Shown in pieces: positions 54,541-64,000 of a DNA stretch of 64,000 bases; position 1 is the stretch's first letter; every line of letters starts with the position of its first letter. The notes beneath the pieces were generated by a model that was not told the DNA's origin, did no database searches, and was given only the letters and a program-made list of their open reading frames with translations. The stretch is from the NCBI GenBank assembly GCA_038883655.1, contig JAVZLQ010000003.1, positions 183,099 through 247,098 on the forward strand, read 5' to 3'. This DNA is from Candidatus Bathyarchaeia archaeon (GTDB lineage: Archaea; Thermoproteota; Bathyarchaeia; Bathyarchaeales; Bathycorpusculaceae). Both the position numbers and the translations under genes were made by a program.

Positions 54541-55719
54541 TCACTCCCTCAAATCAACCCATTCAGTTTCTTTTTCCATTTTGCCATCACGCATCCACTT
54601 CATCGCTTTTTTAATAACCTTCTCAATTGTTTTGTATGTTACGTCTCTCCCACCCAGACCAGCAATGAAACCGGCAACTGGTGGATGGTCTTTTTGGTTT
54701 AAGATTGATGCTTTAATTTCTGTTGCCAGGAAGCCTTCCATTCCGAAGGATATGTGACGATCTATTGTTACAAGCATCTGCGCTTGCCTTGAAAGCCTTA
54801 TGACCTCTTCAATTGGGAAAGGGCGATAAACACGGATTCTTGCCGCTCCAACTTTCAGCCCTTCATTACGTAAATGGTCCACAGCGATTTTTGCTTCGCT
54901 CCCCATTGTTCCCATGGTGAAGAGGATTAAGTCGGCATCTTCACAAAGGTATTTTTCGATTAGTCCGCCATAACGAAAACCGAAACGTTTGGCGTATTCT
55001 TCGTCAATTTTTGGGATAAGCTTTTTTGCGTTTTCCATTGCCTCCTGAATCATGTAACGGAATTCCATGTACCATTCAGGTGAAACCAGATTTGCATGTG
55101 AAATTGGGTTGTTAACATCTAGCGTCCAGCCAGACTTGTAAGGTGGTAGAAAATCATCAATTTCCTTTTGATCTGGGATTTTTACGGGCATGTATGTGTG
55201 TGAAAGGATAAAGCCTTCAAGGCAAATCATAGCTGGCAGGAAAACGTGCTCATCTTCACAAAGCCTGTACGCTTGAATTATTGTATCAAAAACCTCTTGG
55301 TTGTCAGCACAGTAAAACTGTATCCAACCAGTATCACGCTGAGAAAGGGAGTCGCTAAAGTCAGGCCAGATGCTCCATGGCGCGCCCATCGCACGATTAA
55401 CAACAGCCATAACCACTGGTAGGCGTGAACCGGAAGCCCAATGTAAAGCTTCATGCATTAACGCCAGCCCATGGGCAGATGTTGCAGTAAAAGTTCGTAC
55501 GCCAGCAGCGGCTGCGGCTATGCACGCGACCATAGCGCTGTGTTCGGACTCAACGCGGATGTATTCCGCGTCCATCTCCCCGCTTTCAACGAATTCTGCG
55601 ATTTTCTCAACAACTGTTGTCTGCGGTGTTATGGGATAGGCAGCAACTACTTTGACGCGCGCTGCTTTCGCAGCGTAGCCAGCAATATGATTTGCCGTGT
55701 CAATTAGCATTTGCGCCAT
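54541..55719 (-). CDS. porA: 2-oxoacid:ferredoxin oxidoreductase alpha subunit
   Basis: AAYPITPQT and ESEHSAM motifs. I prefer ATG 55719 (MAQMLIDT), which lies just after the delta-subunit stop. Confidence 0.88.
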   Translation of the reverse strand: MAQMLIDTANHIAGYAAKAARVKVVAAYPITPQTTVVEKIAEFVESGEMDAEYIRVESEHSAMVACIAAAAAGVRTFTATSAHGLALMHEALHWASGSRLPVVMAVVNRAMGAPWSIWPDFSDSLSQRDTGWIQFYCADNQEVFDTIIQAYRLCEDEHVFLPAMICLEGFILSHTYMPVKIPDQKEIDDFLPPYKSGWTLDVNNPISHANLVSPEWYMEFRYMIQEAMENAKKLIPKIDEEYAKRFGFRYGGLIEKYLCEDADLILFTMGTMGSEAKIAVDHLRNEGLKVGAARIRVYRPFPIEEVIRLSRQAQMLVTIDRHISFGMEGFLATEIKASILNQKDHPPVAGFIAGLGGRDVTYKTIEKVIKKAMKWMRDGKMEKETEWVDLRE

Positions 55720-55721
55720 CT

Positions 55722-56006
55722 TTATACCTCCTCCCTCTGCATTGTTATCGCTTTTACTGGGCATTCATTAGCGCATATTCCACAGCCCTTGCAGTAATCA
55801 TAATCTATTACCGGAGTATCATCATCCTGTCGCGATATGGCTGCGTCTGGACAATAAATCCAACAAAGTGCACAGCGTGTACACTTAGCGTAGTCAATTT
55901 TTGGGCGAAACGTTCTCCAAGACCCGGTTTTTCCCATGCTGCCCACAGTGGGGATTGATAAGGGTGTCAAAGGCATTTCTTTCATGGTTTTAGGAATTCT
56001 ATACAT
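55722..56006 (-). CDS. porD: 2-oxoacid:ferredoxin oxidoreductase delta subunit (2x[4Fe-4S])
   Basis: CTRCALCWIYCP and CKGCGICANECP. Confidence 0.85.
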   Translation of the reverse strand: MYRIPKTMKEMPLTPLSIPTVGSMGKTGSWRTFRPKIDYAKCTRCALCWIYCPDAAISRQDDDTPVIDYDYCKGCGICANECPVKAITMQREEV

Positions 56007-56012
56007 GTGATT

Positions 56013-56570
56013 TCACCATCCTTTTATGAGGCGGTTATAGGCAAGTTCTGCTGCTTGCGCGTTCTTTTCGCCAGCAGCCCCAGTCCACGTCTCTTTTATA
56101 ACTTTTAAGATACTTTGCAGTTTAACTTCACCAGTCGCCCTCGCAAATGCTCCCACAATTGCGGAATTAACAACTGGTAGCCCGGCAACAAGAAGGTTTA
56201 ATTCCAGCGCAATGCCAGTTGCATCAACTGTTGCCATTCGCCAGCCTTTAATTTCTACTTCCTCTGGTTTTTTTGTGGTGTTCATTACGATTATCCCGTC
56301 TTTTTTCAGTCCTTCTGTTATGTCGACAAACTTGTGGATTGCTGGGTCAAGTACGATAACGTAGTCTGGATTGTAAATTTGACTATGAATAAGTATCGGC
56401 TCGTCACTTATTCTTGCAAATGCCTTGACTGGGGCGCCGCGTCTTTCAGCGCCGAAATATGGGAAAGCTTGAACCCATTTCCCTTCAACAAAAGCCGCAT
56501 GTGCCAACAACTCCGCAGCAGTAACGCCTCCTTGCCCACCTCGCCCATGAATACGTATTTCTTTGAGCAA
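56013..56570 (-). CDS. porG: 2-oxoacid:ferredoxin oxidoreductase gamma subunit
   Basis: IRIHGRGGQGGVTAAELLA...FGAERRGAP. Gene order is gamma-delta-alpha-beta. Confidence 0.85.
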   Translation of the reverse strand: MLKEIRIHGRGGQGGVTAAELLAHAAFVEGKWVQAFPYFGAERRGAPVKAFARISDEPILIHSQIYNPDYVIVLDPAIHKFVDITEGLKKDGIIVMNTTKKPEEVEIKGWRMATVDATGIALELNLLVAGLPVVNSAIVGAFARATGEVKLQSILKVIKETWTGAAGEKNAQAAELAYNRLIKGW

Positions 56571-56628
56571 CGCCTCTCCCTTCTATTTGAGAGTGAAATT
56601 GGACTGCTTCGCTCTTATTAGTGTTAGC

Positions 56629-58455
56629 TTAAACTAGCGCCAAAATTAACATAAGAAGCGCGCCGCTAGTTGCAAAAATTGGAATCACCACGGCTTTTGC
56701 TCTTTTAAGGGTCTTATCTATTAAAAGGCACAGCTTTGCTAGCGAGCTTTCCCCAATAACTCTGATATCAGAAACAGTTATTGCACGGGAAGCAACGGTG
56801 GCACGTTCCATGTTGCCTAAGGCTTTTTTTGTTGCTTCTGTTATGTATGCAATTAGCTTTTCGTGGTCTATAACTTCGCCCACTGGGTGGTAACCGCGTT
56901 CATTTAAGACTATAGCGTTTACAGAGTGTGTGTCAGTTGTGAAAACTTCGCTTTCGTCAACACCGATTAAACGAAGCGCAGAAAGTATTTTTTCTCGCAA
57001 CCCAGAGATCATATTATTACCGTCGATAACCACATAAGCGGTTTTCTGTTTGCCAACTCTAACGGTAACAACCGTGATGCCACCTTGCCCAATGCCATCC
57101 ATAAGGCTAAACTCGCTTGGAAAGACTGTGGCAGCGCCAACTTCAAAGGGTAAACGCTTCAAGGAAACGGCCTTTTCAAGGCAGGATGAAGCAACATTCT
57201 TCAGTGAAGCAACCATTTCGTCCATGTCCAACGTTCCATCAATGCTGTTGTGCGCATTAATAATAACACAGTGTTCTAGCCCTAGTTTTTTAGCCTCTTG
57301 GCGCACTATAGCACCCAATTCTTGGGGGAAATCTTCTGTTGTTTTTGGTGCAAGTGTGAAAGCAATAAAAGCCGTTTTCCCGAAAATTTGGCAACATGCA
57401 GTTGCTTTGTCATCGCTAACTTTGATAAACGGGGAAGCCCTGTCCTCAAATACGTTAAAGTGTACGTTTTCAGCTATGCTTCTTATCGTTTTTTCATTTT
57501 GACGTTGAGAGGCTAGGTCAAACTCGTGACCGAGCAAGCCATGCGGAACGCAAACGGTGCACCCGAGCATTTCTTCCAAAGATTTCTTTATCATAAAGGG
57601 GAGAAGACTGCTTCCCACATTTTTGAAAGGTCCAGGGTGAACACAAGGCACAACCACAAGCGATTTAGGTTCTTTAGAGCGGAATTCGATTAAATCGACT
57701 TTGACATCCCGGTTTTCGCCTAGTTCCTCCAAGATTCTCTCAAATGGTTCGTTCAAATTTGTAATCCAATTAAGCAAAAAAGCCTTAAAAATCGATAAGC
57801 CCGAAAGCCCAATTACTTTAACTCCAACCTTGTTTATTAAATGGGTAAAGAGTATACTTGAAGTGATGCTGATTGCCACTGCTGGTACTAGAAAAATAAT
57901 GGAAGGAAATAGTGTAGAAGCGTCTGTCAACGTCCATATCAACATAAATAGAAAGTAACACGAAAGTGGGTTAAGCAGCGATGCCATGAAAAGTTTCTTG
58001 GTGTTTGAGGGTGATGTGGAGAGAAGCACGGTTAGGCGAAACATCATTGCAGCAGAAAAACCTAAAAGGCATAGTTTAACTCCCCAAAGTTTACCCAAAA
58101 AAGGAGAGGACACGCTGCCGAGAAAGATGAAGAAAAGCCAGACGCCCCAACTGAATATGGATAACCCCGTTGTTCTCCTCACGTCATAGATAATGTCACC
58201 CCTTAAAATTAACGTACTATTGGCATAGTCAAAAATCATAGTCATAAAAAGCAACAAAGCACCCAGAAGCAAACCCCATAACAAGCTAACCGGGAAGGGG
58301 AAAAGGACTAAAGTGAAAAGTTTTCCTACAACAACGCATAATAAAGCCAGAATAAGAACCATCGTACTGTAAGCTGGAAGTTTGAATAGTGAGGAGTAAT
58401 GTTTAACGGCGCCGTCCATGAAATTGTTGAGAGCTTGGAAGGATTTGCCCGCCAC
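56629..58455 (-). CDS. Large membrane protein, DUF2070-like
   Basis: The N-terminal half is polytopic and the C-terminal ~350 aa is soluble (PCVHPGPFKNVGSS, CVPHGLLGHE), ending in a terminal TM. The size and layout resemble the archaeal DUF2070 family as I recall it. GTG start. Confidence 0.4.
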   Translation of the reverse strand: MAGKSFQALNNFMDGAVKHYSSLFKLPAYSTMVLILALLCVVVGKLFTLVLFPFPVSLLWGLLLGALLLFMTMIFDYANSTLILRGDIIYDVRRTTGLSIFSWGVWLFFIFLGSVSSPFLGKLWGVKLCLLGFSAAMMFRLTVLLSTSPSNTKKLFMASLLNPLSCYFLFMLIWTLTDASTLFPSIIFLVPAVAISITSSILFTHLINKVGVKVIGLSGLSIFKAFLLNWITNLNEPFERILEELGENRDVKVDLIEFRSKEPKSLVVVPCVHPGPFKNVGSSLLPFMIKKSLEEMLGCTVCVPHGLLGHEFDLASQRQNEKTIRSIAENVHFNVFEDRASPFIKVSDDKATACCQIFGKTAFIAFTLAPKTTEDFPQELGAIVRQEAKKLGLEHCVIINAHNSIDGTLDMDEMVASLKNVASSCLEKAVSLKRLPFEVGAATVFPSEFSLMDGIGQGGITVVTVRVGKQKTAYVVIDGNNMISGLREKILSALRLIGVDESEVFTTDTHSVNAIVLNERGYHPVGEVIDHEKLIAYITEATKKALGNMERATVASRAITVSDIRVIGESSLAKLCLLIDKTLKRAKAVVIPIFATSGALLMLILALV

Positions 58456-58635
58456 ATGTACCCTCTCGGTAAGTCTTCAATGAGAAGCTCACTCGCATAT
58501 TAAAATGTCGCAAGTCTCTGCAGAAAGGATCCTAATGAAATTTAGGACAACCTCCTAAATAATCGGTAAAAGAGACGCAAGCCAATTTTACATAAAACTG
58601 GAAACAGAGAGGCAACGTTAAAGCATTACGGATGA

Positions 58636-59004
58636 TTGTATACATTAAAAAGCCATGGTTTGCCGAAGAGCAACGGTTTTATCTTCAAAGCGACTACTAT
58701 GCATTTTGCGAACTGCATGCCGGAACAAGAAATTCCGCCAACAATATTCCATATGCTCGAAAAGAATTTGGGTAAAAAAATACGTGTAATCTTAGACCCC
58801 TCCTATGGTTTTGAAGGGGTGCTCGCAGCGGTTACACGCGAGCCTTCTGGCATATGGCTCTCAGATGCAGAGGCCATAATACTGCGTTCAACAATCGCGC
58901 AACCAATACCACAAGTTGCTGGTAGAGAGGAAAGAAGCGAGATATTTGTCCATTTAAACTCTGTTCAGAGAATAGAAGTTTTACACGCGCCTTCAAGGCG
59001 TTAG
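58636..59004 (+). CDS. Hypothetical protein, possibly Sm/LSm-like fold
   Basis: LEKNLGKKIRVILDPSYGFEGVLAAVTREPSGIWLSDAEAI resembles an Sm1 motif, and EIFVHLNSVQRIEVL resembles an Sm2-like strand. The start is uncertain: TTG 58636, ATG 58699 or ATG 58717. Confidence 0.3.
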   Translation: MYTLKSHGLPKSNGFIFKATTMHFANCMPEQEIPPTIFHMLEKNLGKKIRVILDPSYGFEGVLAAVTREPSGIWLSDAEAIILRSTIAQPIPQVAGREERSEIFVHLNSVQRIEVLHAPSRR

Positions 59005-59012
59005 ACAAAATG

Positions 59013-59180
59013 TTAGAAGAAGACGTTTGCTAATATGCAGATTATTATTAGGGTTATTGCTAAGCCAACAAGAAGTTCTGGCCTAACTTTTACGCCCTCC
59101 GTTTCCTCTTCAAAAAAGCGCAGTAATCCCGCACTTGCTGCAGGCATGGGCGCTGAACGTTCCTTCTTTTTCTTGCTCAT
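59013..59180 (-). CDS. secG: Preprotein translocase subunit Sec61beta (55 aa, below the ORF-track cutoff)
   Basis: My translation gives MSKKKKERSAPMPAASAGLLRFFEEETEGVKVRPELLVGLAITLIIICILANVFF. It has the family signature AGLLRFF-acidic-G-x-K-x-P followed by a single C-terminal TM. Confidence 0.8.
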   Translation of the reverse strand: MSKKKKERSAPMPAASAGLLRFFEEETEGVKVRPELLVGLAITLIIICILANVFF

Positions 59181-59291
59181 TGCGGACACCTTTTAATTCG
59201 ATATTTCAACATTCGGCATTATTAATGTTATGTTTATTTCGAAAGAGTTTTTATTTCTGAATAGCCGATATTGTGGTGCAAGGTGTCGTCG

Positions 59292-60608
59292 ATGGAGATG
59301 TACCGCAAAGAATATGATTACGTGTTTGATTTGTTGCAGAGGCACCACAAATGGTTTAAAGAATGTATTCCGCTAATAGCAAGCGAAAACATCCCAAGCC
59401 CAGCGGTTAGGGAAGCTCTAACAACAGACTTTGGAAATCGCTACGCTGAAGGTTGGCCTGGAGAGCGCGTTTATGCTGGATGCCGCTTCATAGACCAAGT
59501 AGAGTTCAAGTGCATCGAGCTTATGAAAAAACTGTTTAGGGCAGAATTTGTTGATGTTCGCCCAATTTCCGGAGTTGTTGCAAACCTTGTTGTTTATACA
59601 GCGTTTACCGAGCCTGGCGACACCATGATGGCGTTGTCAATACCATGTGGAGGGCACATTACGATGGGAAAAAAGGAGCTTGGCGGGACAGCTGGTGCCG
59701 TTCACGGTTTGATTGTGGAGTATTTGCCGCTTGACTACAAAGAGTTGAATATTGACGTGGACAAGGCAAAAAGTAGAATTGAAAAACTTGCGGCGGAAGG
59801 AAAACCACCAAAGCTTGTCATGTTCGGCGCAAGCGTTTTCCCATTCCCACATCCAGTAAAAGAATTGGCTGACGCAATAAGGGCTGTTGGTGGAACTGTT
59901 GGCTATGACGCGGCGCACGTTGCTGGACTAATTGCGGGAGGACAATTCCAAGATCCTTTGAGAGAAGGTGCAGACGTCGTCAGCTTAAGCACACACAAAA
60001 CATTTTTCGGTCCTCAGCATGGCGGGGTTTTATCTTGGGAAAAATACGCAGATAAGCTAAAGCGGGCAACATTTCCAGGAATGGTTAGCAACCACCACTT
60101 ACATGCGGTTGCGGGTGTAACAATTGCGTGCGCAGAAATGTTGGAGTTTGGAAGGGAATATGCAAGTCAAATAATTAAAAATGCTAAGGCGTTAGCACAA
60201 GCACTATACGAGAGAGGATTCAACGTTTTGGCAGAGCATAAGGGTTTCACGGAATCCCACGTAATCCTAATAGACATAACAAAGCATGGAGACGGTGGAA
60301 CAATCGAAGAGACCCTTGAAAAGGCAAACATAATTATTAACAGGAATTTGTTGCCGTGGGACATTAAAGAAGGTAGGCACTTCATGCACCCGGGTGGAAT
60401 AAGGCTTGGTGTTTCAGAGGTTACAAGGCTTGGGATGAAAGAGTCGGAAATGACGGAAATAGCGGAGTTCATAAAGCGCGTAGTAATTGACAAGGAAGAA
60501 CCAGAAAAAGTAAGAGGGGACGTAGCGGAGTTTAGGAAAGATTATCAAAAGGTTCATTACTGTTTTGAGAACAGCACGGAAGCATATGAGTATATAAAAA
60601 TCCGCTAA
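59292..60608 (+). CDS. glyA: Serine hydroxymethyltransferase
   Basis: LIASENIPSPAVREAL, GNRYAEGWPG and the PLP site STHKTFFGPQHG. I prefer ATG 59292 over the upstream TTG. Confidence 0.93.
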   Translation: MEMYRKEYDYVFDLLQRHHKWFKECIPLIASENIPSPAVREALTTDFGNRYAEGWPGERVYAGCRFIDQVEFKCIELMKKLFRAEFVDVRPISGVVANLVVYTAFTEPGDTMMALSIPCGGHITMGKKELGGTAGAVHGLIVEYLPLDYKELNIDVDKAKSRIEKLAAEGKPPKLVMFGASVFPFPHPVKELADAIRAVGGTVGYDAAHVAGLIAGGQFQDPLREGADVVSLSTHKTFFGPQHGGVLSWEKYADKLKRATFPGMVSNHHLHAVAGVTIACAEMLEFGREYASQIIKNAKALAQALYERGFNVLAEHKGFTESHVILIDITKHGDGGTIEETLEKANIIINRNLLPWDIKEGRHFMHPGGIRLGVSEVTRLGMKESEMTEIAEFIKRVVIDKEEPEKVRGDVAEFRKDYQKVHYCFENSTEAYEYIKIR

Positions 60609-60665
60609 ATATTGAAGTTTAAACGGTTGTGATAAGGGTAAATAAAAATTAAGCAAGCGATAACA

Positions 60666-61097
60666 TTGGAACTGGCAGTGTGGACTATTGGACACAGCAA
60701 TCGTTCCATAAACGTTTTTCTTGAACTTTTAAGAGAGCATGAAATCCAAGTTTTAGTGGACATTCGCAGTTTTCCAACATCAAAAATTGAACACTTCAAA
60801 AGGGAAAACATGGAAAAGTGGCTTCCGGAAAACGGAATAGAATATGTTTGGTTGGGAAAGGAGTTGGGCGGATACCGCAAAGGCGGCTATAAAAGGCATA
60901 CGCGAACCAAACTTTTCAGAGAAGGCGTAAAGAAACTTCTAGATATAGCTGCCCAGAAAAGGGCATGCATAATGTGCATGGAGACAAACCCAAAATACTG
61001 CCATAGAAGGTTCATTGCCGCACACTTAGAGAGGAAAGGAGTGAAAGTAGTTCACATAATTTCGAAGGGCCAGCAAAGCCTTATACGCATGGTTTAA
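60666..61097 (+). CDS. DUF488 family protein
   Basis: VWTIGHSNRSINVFLELLREHEIQVLVDIRSFP...CMETNPKYCHRRFIA. TTG start. Confidence 0.75.
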   Translation: MELAVWTIGHSNRSINVFLELLREHEIQVLVDIRSFPTSKIEHFKRENMEKWLPENGIEYVWLGKELGGYRKGGYKRHTRTKLFREGVKKLLDIAAQKRACIMCMETNPKYCHRRFIAAHLERKGVKVVHIISKGQQSLIRMV

Positions 61098-61142
61098 GGT
61101 TTTAAAACAGCAAAGGCAGATACTGTTTCAGCTGGGAAGGAT

Positions 61143-61430
61143 ATGCGCATACTTGAATTTCAAGAGCTAATGCGACGCTTATATTTTCACAGAGACTCAC
61201 GGAGAGGCATAGAGAAGACTTTTGAATGGTTAGTGGAGGAGGTTGCAGAACTAGGAGAAGCATTAAAAGCCAACGATAAAAAGGCTTTAGAAAATGAGTT
61301 TGCAGATGTTATTGCATGGCTTGCTTCACTTGCAAACATTGCCAACATAAACCTTGAAAAAGCAGCCCTCAGCAAATACGATAATAAATGTCCAAAGTGT
61401 GGGCAAGCACCATGCCAATGCACTTTTTAG
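61143..61430 (+). CDS. MazG-like nucleotide pyrophosphohydrolase
   Basis: LVEEVAELGEAL...EFADVIAWLASLAN (EExxE...ExxD pattern) with a C-terminal CPKCGQAPCQC knuckle. Confidence 0.75.
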   Translation: MRILEFQELMRRLYFHRDSRRGIEKTFEWLVEEVAELGEALKANDKKALENEFADVIAWLASLANIANINLEKAALSKYDNKCPKCGQAPCQCTF

Positions 61431-61440
61431 GCGACTAGCG

Positions 61441-61704
61441 TCAAATTAGACGTTTCTGTCCTAAACCAGTAAGCGTCCAAACATTTGGTTTGCTTCGTTT
61501 ACGCTCAACTATCCCTTCAACTTCTAAAAGCCTCAAATGATGCATAACAACATTGTAGTGCATCCCTGTTTGCTCAGCAAGCGTTTTCGCGTCGGTTGAA
61601 CCTTTATCTAAAGCGTTCAGTATCTTTGTTCTTGCAAGAAGCCCACGTTTAATATTTTTTACCTCCGTCAAGTATGCTTTGGGGTGATAGGGTTCCTTTA
61701 ACAT
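61441..61704 (-). CDS. Winged-helix (ArsR-like) transcriptional regulator
   Basis: 87 aa. ILNALDKGSTDAKTLAEQTGMHYNVVMHHLRLLEVEGIVERK is a typical HTH plus wing. Confidence 0.65.
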   Translation of the reverse strand: MLKEPYHPKAYLTEVKNIKRGLLARTKILNALDKGSTDAKTLAEQTGMHYNVVMHHLRLLEVEGIVERKRSKPNVWTLTGLGQKRLI

Positions 61705-61743
61705 ATCATCATATTTTATGTTCGTGAAGCTTGAAAAATTTTC

Positions 61744-64000
61744 TTAAGAAAAGTCCGTCAAGCTTATTTGCCTCGGTTTTTTGCTCTCGAATAAAGAGTT
61801 AATTTCCTCTTTAACTAGTAAGATTCTCTGAGCATAATACTGCGGTAGTCTATATTTCTCAACCAAGCTTTGCGCTGCCTCAAAGTATTTTTCGATGCCG
61901 CCGCGGTAAACAGTTAGAGTTAATTGTCCTCCACAATGAGCGCAAACACCGCGTAGTGGAATACGACGGTAACGTTTGTTGCAGGATTTGCATCTTACGC
62001 CTTGCGTGGAGAATGCGCGCATATTTCCAGCTATATCACGCATAAAATGTTTAGTTAGCACTTTCAGGGCTACTTTTCTAGCGTTTACCGCCTCAACTTT
62101 CTCGGCAAGTTCAAGCTGACTGTTCAGCTTATCAATCATGGTCTTAAGTCGTTTATAGGCGCTTTCGGGGTTTCCATGATTTATGTTTGAAACTGGAGTT
62201 GTGAACTTAAAGCCTTCAAACTGCGCCTCTGTTCCAAGTCTATGTCCAACGAGGTCTATGATGCCGCTTACCTGTTTGGGCTCGGTTCCATTCCAGGTTT
62301 TCTCATAAAATTCTAAGGGATATTCGCTTGCAACATCAAAGTCGTGGGCTTGCCTTTGAACTTCAGCCGTGTTAACAATAGGTACTAGCAGCAGTGGAGC
62401 GTCCATTATTCCACCTATCTGTGATGGCAAGTATTCGCAGGAAAAGTTGATTAGCGTATCCAACACAAGCATCAAGGAGTCCTCATCGCCGTCGCAGTCT
62501 CTTCGCTTTGCAGAGTGCCATATGGGATGCGCATAACAAACGTTTAAGTTTGTAAAGCCAATGATGCGCCCCAAAATTCCAACAGACGTATGAGGCGCCA
62601 AGCCGACAACAAGATGCCCTACGAGTTCTTCCACTTGCTTTATGTTGTAGTATGGGGCAAGCCCGTAAACTTTGGTTAAAAGCTCATCGATAAAGTTTGC
62701 AACTCGAACGAGGTATTCACCACACTTCAGCGGGATAATAACATCTTGCACTTTCAGCTCGCAAACTTGTTCATCGCTTGTTAGCGGTGCACCAAACATG
62801 TCATGCGTGTAACCTATTTGCCTAAGCTTTTCATGGGGAACACCAATTTCAGAAGGTTTAAAGTGCGTCAAAGGCGCGTTTGTAATGTCGAAGCGTATTG
62901 TTCCATCCTTGTAAACGGACAAGTCATACTTTGCCCGAAGAACGCCTTTCTCGATTATTTCCGGAGTTTTTGTTTCATTTGTTAGGCCTTTTACGCCTTT
63001 CAAAACTTTAGGAATGGAGACTCCGATGTTGGCACAAGCTTTTTCAAGAATTTCTTTGAAGTTGAAAACTTGCTTTTGGTAAGCTTTAGTTGGAACTTTA
63101 CAGACTGGGCACTTGTCTTCCTTCGAGTTTCTGCCGCATTTCGGGCAAACCCTCTCAAGAATTGTCTCTACTCCGCAACTGGGGCACTTTACTCTGAAGG
63201 TAATGGAGTTGCATGCCGGACATTTGCGTTTAACAATTTCTACTGAGTAAGGCTCCTTTTTTGCTGCCTCTATAATATCCCTTTGAGAACCGCCGCCCAG
63301 ACCAACTGGAAACAGAACGTGGACAAGCGGTTTCATTTCTCTCCTTTTCGCCTTTTCTGGACGCCCCATCCTCGCTCCAACAAAAGTGAGAGCTTTATCC
63401 CTTATCTCAAACCCTGAAAGCACGCTAACCACCTTGGTAATGTGCTTGTCAGATGGCAAATCCACATCTTCCGTCGAGCCGTAACGCAAACAAACAGCAA
63501 AAGCATGCGCATCTTCACCTTCGATAACAATCTTATCGCCAAGGACCCTGTGAGGCAAATAAACTGCCTCTAGAGCACGTTTAACATGCGGATCGTTATC
63601 GCCAACGATTTCTTGGACCAACCCGTTCTCATACCTCACCTTTGAACGGGCAAGCCACGCCCTAATCACCTTAACATCCTCAACCGAAGCGAGATTAGAC
63701 CAGAAAAACGTAAACGCTGGATGCAAAGGCACATGTAAAACTAATGAAAGGTCAATAGCCTCTTTTACCGTGGGTTTTTTGGCAAAGGGCTCCTTCAAAA
63801 ATGCGTTAAGCCTATCGACGGGGATACAAACGGCCTTAGAAGCCTCCTCAACGTCCCCATTAAACTTTTCAATAATTGCCCGTTTTAAGTCTTCGACCCA
63901 CCATTCTTCAACATATCCCGAGGGCAAAAGCGCCTTATTATTGTATAAGAAGTCTCCAAAGCTGATCAAAATATCTCCAAGAAACAGAACCTTTGAAACT
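61744..64000 (-). CDS. polC: DNA polymerase II (PolD) large subunit DP2, 5'-truncated by the window edge
   Basis: Zn modules CPACNS..CPSCG..CPKCG..CPVC and C-terminal CKSCNKRYRRIPLRGVCAHCGG. HPIWHSAKRRDCDGDEDS catalytic-core-like segment. The frame stays open to nt 63999 (..VSKVLFLGDILISFGDF), so the N-terminal part lies outside the window. Confidence 0.9.
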   Translation of the reverse strand, partial: VSKVLFLGDILISFGDFLYNNKALLPSGYVEEWWVEDLKRAIIEKFNGDVEEASKAVCIPVDRLNAFLKEPFAKKPTVKEAIDLSLVLHVPLHPAFTFFWSNLASVEDVKVIRAWLARSKVRYENGLVQEIVGDNDPHVKRALEAVYLPHRVLGDKIVIEGEDAHAFAVCLRYGSTEDVDLPSDKHITKVVSVLSGFEIRDKALTFVGARMGRPEKAKRREMKPLVHVLFPVGLGGGSQRDIIEAAKKEPYSVEIVKRKCPACNSITFRVKCPSCGVETILERVCPKCGRNSKEDKCPVCKVPTKAYQKQVFNFKEILEKACANIGVSIPKVLKGVKGLTNETKTPEIIEKGVLRAKYDLSVYKDGTIRFDITNAPLTHFKPSEIGVPHEKLRQIGYTHDMFGAPLTSDEQVCELKVQDVIIPLKCGEYLVRVANFIDELLTKVYGLAPYYNIKQVEELVGHLVVGLAPHTSVGILGRIIGFTNLNVCYAHPIWHSAKRRDCDGDEDSLMLVLDTLINFSCEYLPSQIGGIMDAPLLLVPIVNTAEVQRQAHDFDVASEYPLEFYEKTWNGTEPKQVSGIIDLVGHRLGTEAQFEGFKFTTPVSNINHGNPESAYKRLKTMIDKLNSQLELAEKVEAVNARKVALKVLTKHFMRDIAGNMRAFSTQGVRCKSCNKRYRRIPLRGVCAHCGGQLTLTVYRGGIEKYFEAAQSLVEKYRLPQYYAQRILLVKEEINSLFESKKPRQISLTDFS

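Noticed and set aside
60666-61704. DUF488 + MazG-like pyrophosphohydrolase + small wHTH regulator next to PolD, considered as a possible nucleotide-pool or defence module.
   Set aside because: All three belong to widespread housekeeping-type families. The genes are on different strands with separate promoters, and nothing defence-like (nuclease, ATPase, sensor) accompanies them.
1-64000. Search for CRISPR arrays, tRNA/rRNA genes, inteins and IS elements.
   Set aside because: I saw no regularly spaced direct repeats and no cloverleaf-like or rRNA-like non-coding stretches; every gap is 190 nt or shorter apart from the two pseudogene regions. MCM, RFC and PolD have no intein-sized insertions, and there are no transposase-like ORFs. 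The scan was by eye, so small or degenerate elements could have been missed.

Overview
This is a gene-dense archaeal chromosomal segment of about 70 genes. I saw no rRNA, tRNA, CRISPR array, transposase or integrase.

Most of the window is information-processing core:
- Replication: RFC large and small subunits, Gins23-MCM, Gins51-PriS, PriL-PCNA, and the PolD large subunit, which runs off the 3' edge.
- Transcription: TFS, RpoL, RpoF.
- Translation and RNA processing: L44e-S27e-aIF2alpha-Nop10, L10e, L21e, aIF5A, SRP54, Sec61beta, Pus10, KsgA, Nob1, Csl4, Dph2.
- Central metabolism: PEP synthase, four-subunit 2-oxoacid:ferredoxin oxidoreductase, GlyA, NAD kinase, a class-III aminotransferase.

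The Gins23-MCM and Gins51-PriS pairing together with PolD suggests a non-Thermoprotei TACK-type archaeon (Bathyarchaeia- or Thaumarchaeota-like). I cannot resolve the lineage from sequence alone.

Two patches look accessory and are the main leads:
1. 4.8-12.6 kb is a glutamate-centred cluster. It holds a 646-aa orphan with an RHH-like N-terminus and a V4R-like Cys-motif C-terminus, and a glutamate dehydrogenase with a ~170-180-aa tandem-duplicated N-terminal extension. It also holds a KaiC/RecA-fold protein with a destroyed P-loop, a divergent GltB-like FMN protein and a second canonical GDH. ATGTACAT-type motif arrays recur in three of its intergenic regions.
2. 21.3-29.7 kb is an AT-richer cell-surface island lying between PriS and PriL. 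A GT-C-like membrane protein, a bitopic membrane SAM-methyltransferase and an archaeosortase-like protein are translationally coupled there. A radical-SAM/SPASM + GT4 pair, a DPM-synthase-like GT2 and a GH99-like protein sit alongside.

A surface protein at the 5' edge carries a PGF/PEF-CTERM-like 'PMF' tail and could be the sortase substrate.

Other observations:
- Two decayed pseudogenes: a TldD/PmbA remnant and a SAM-methyltransferase.
- Two conserved genes below the 60-aa ORF-track cutoff: Nop10 and Sec61beta.
- One candidate C/D-box sRNA.

All functional calls come from motif and family recognition by eye. No searches were run.
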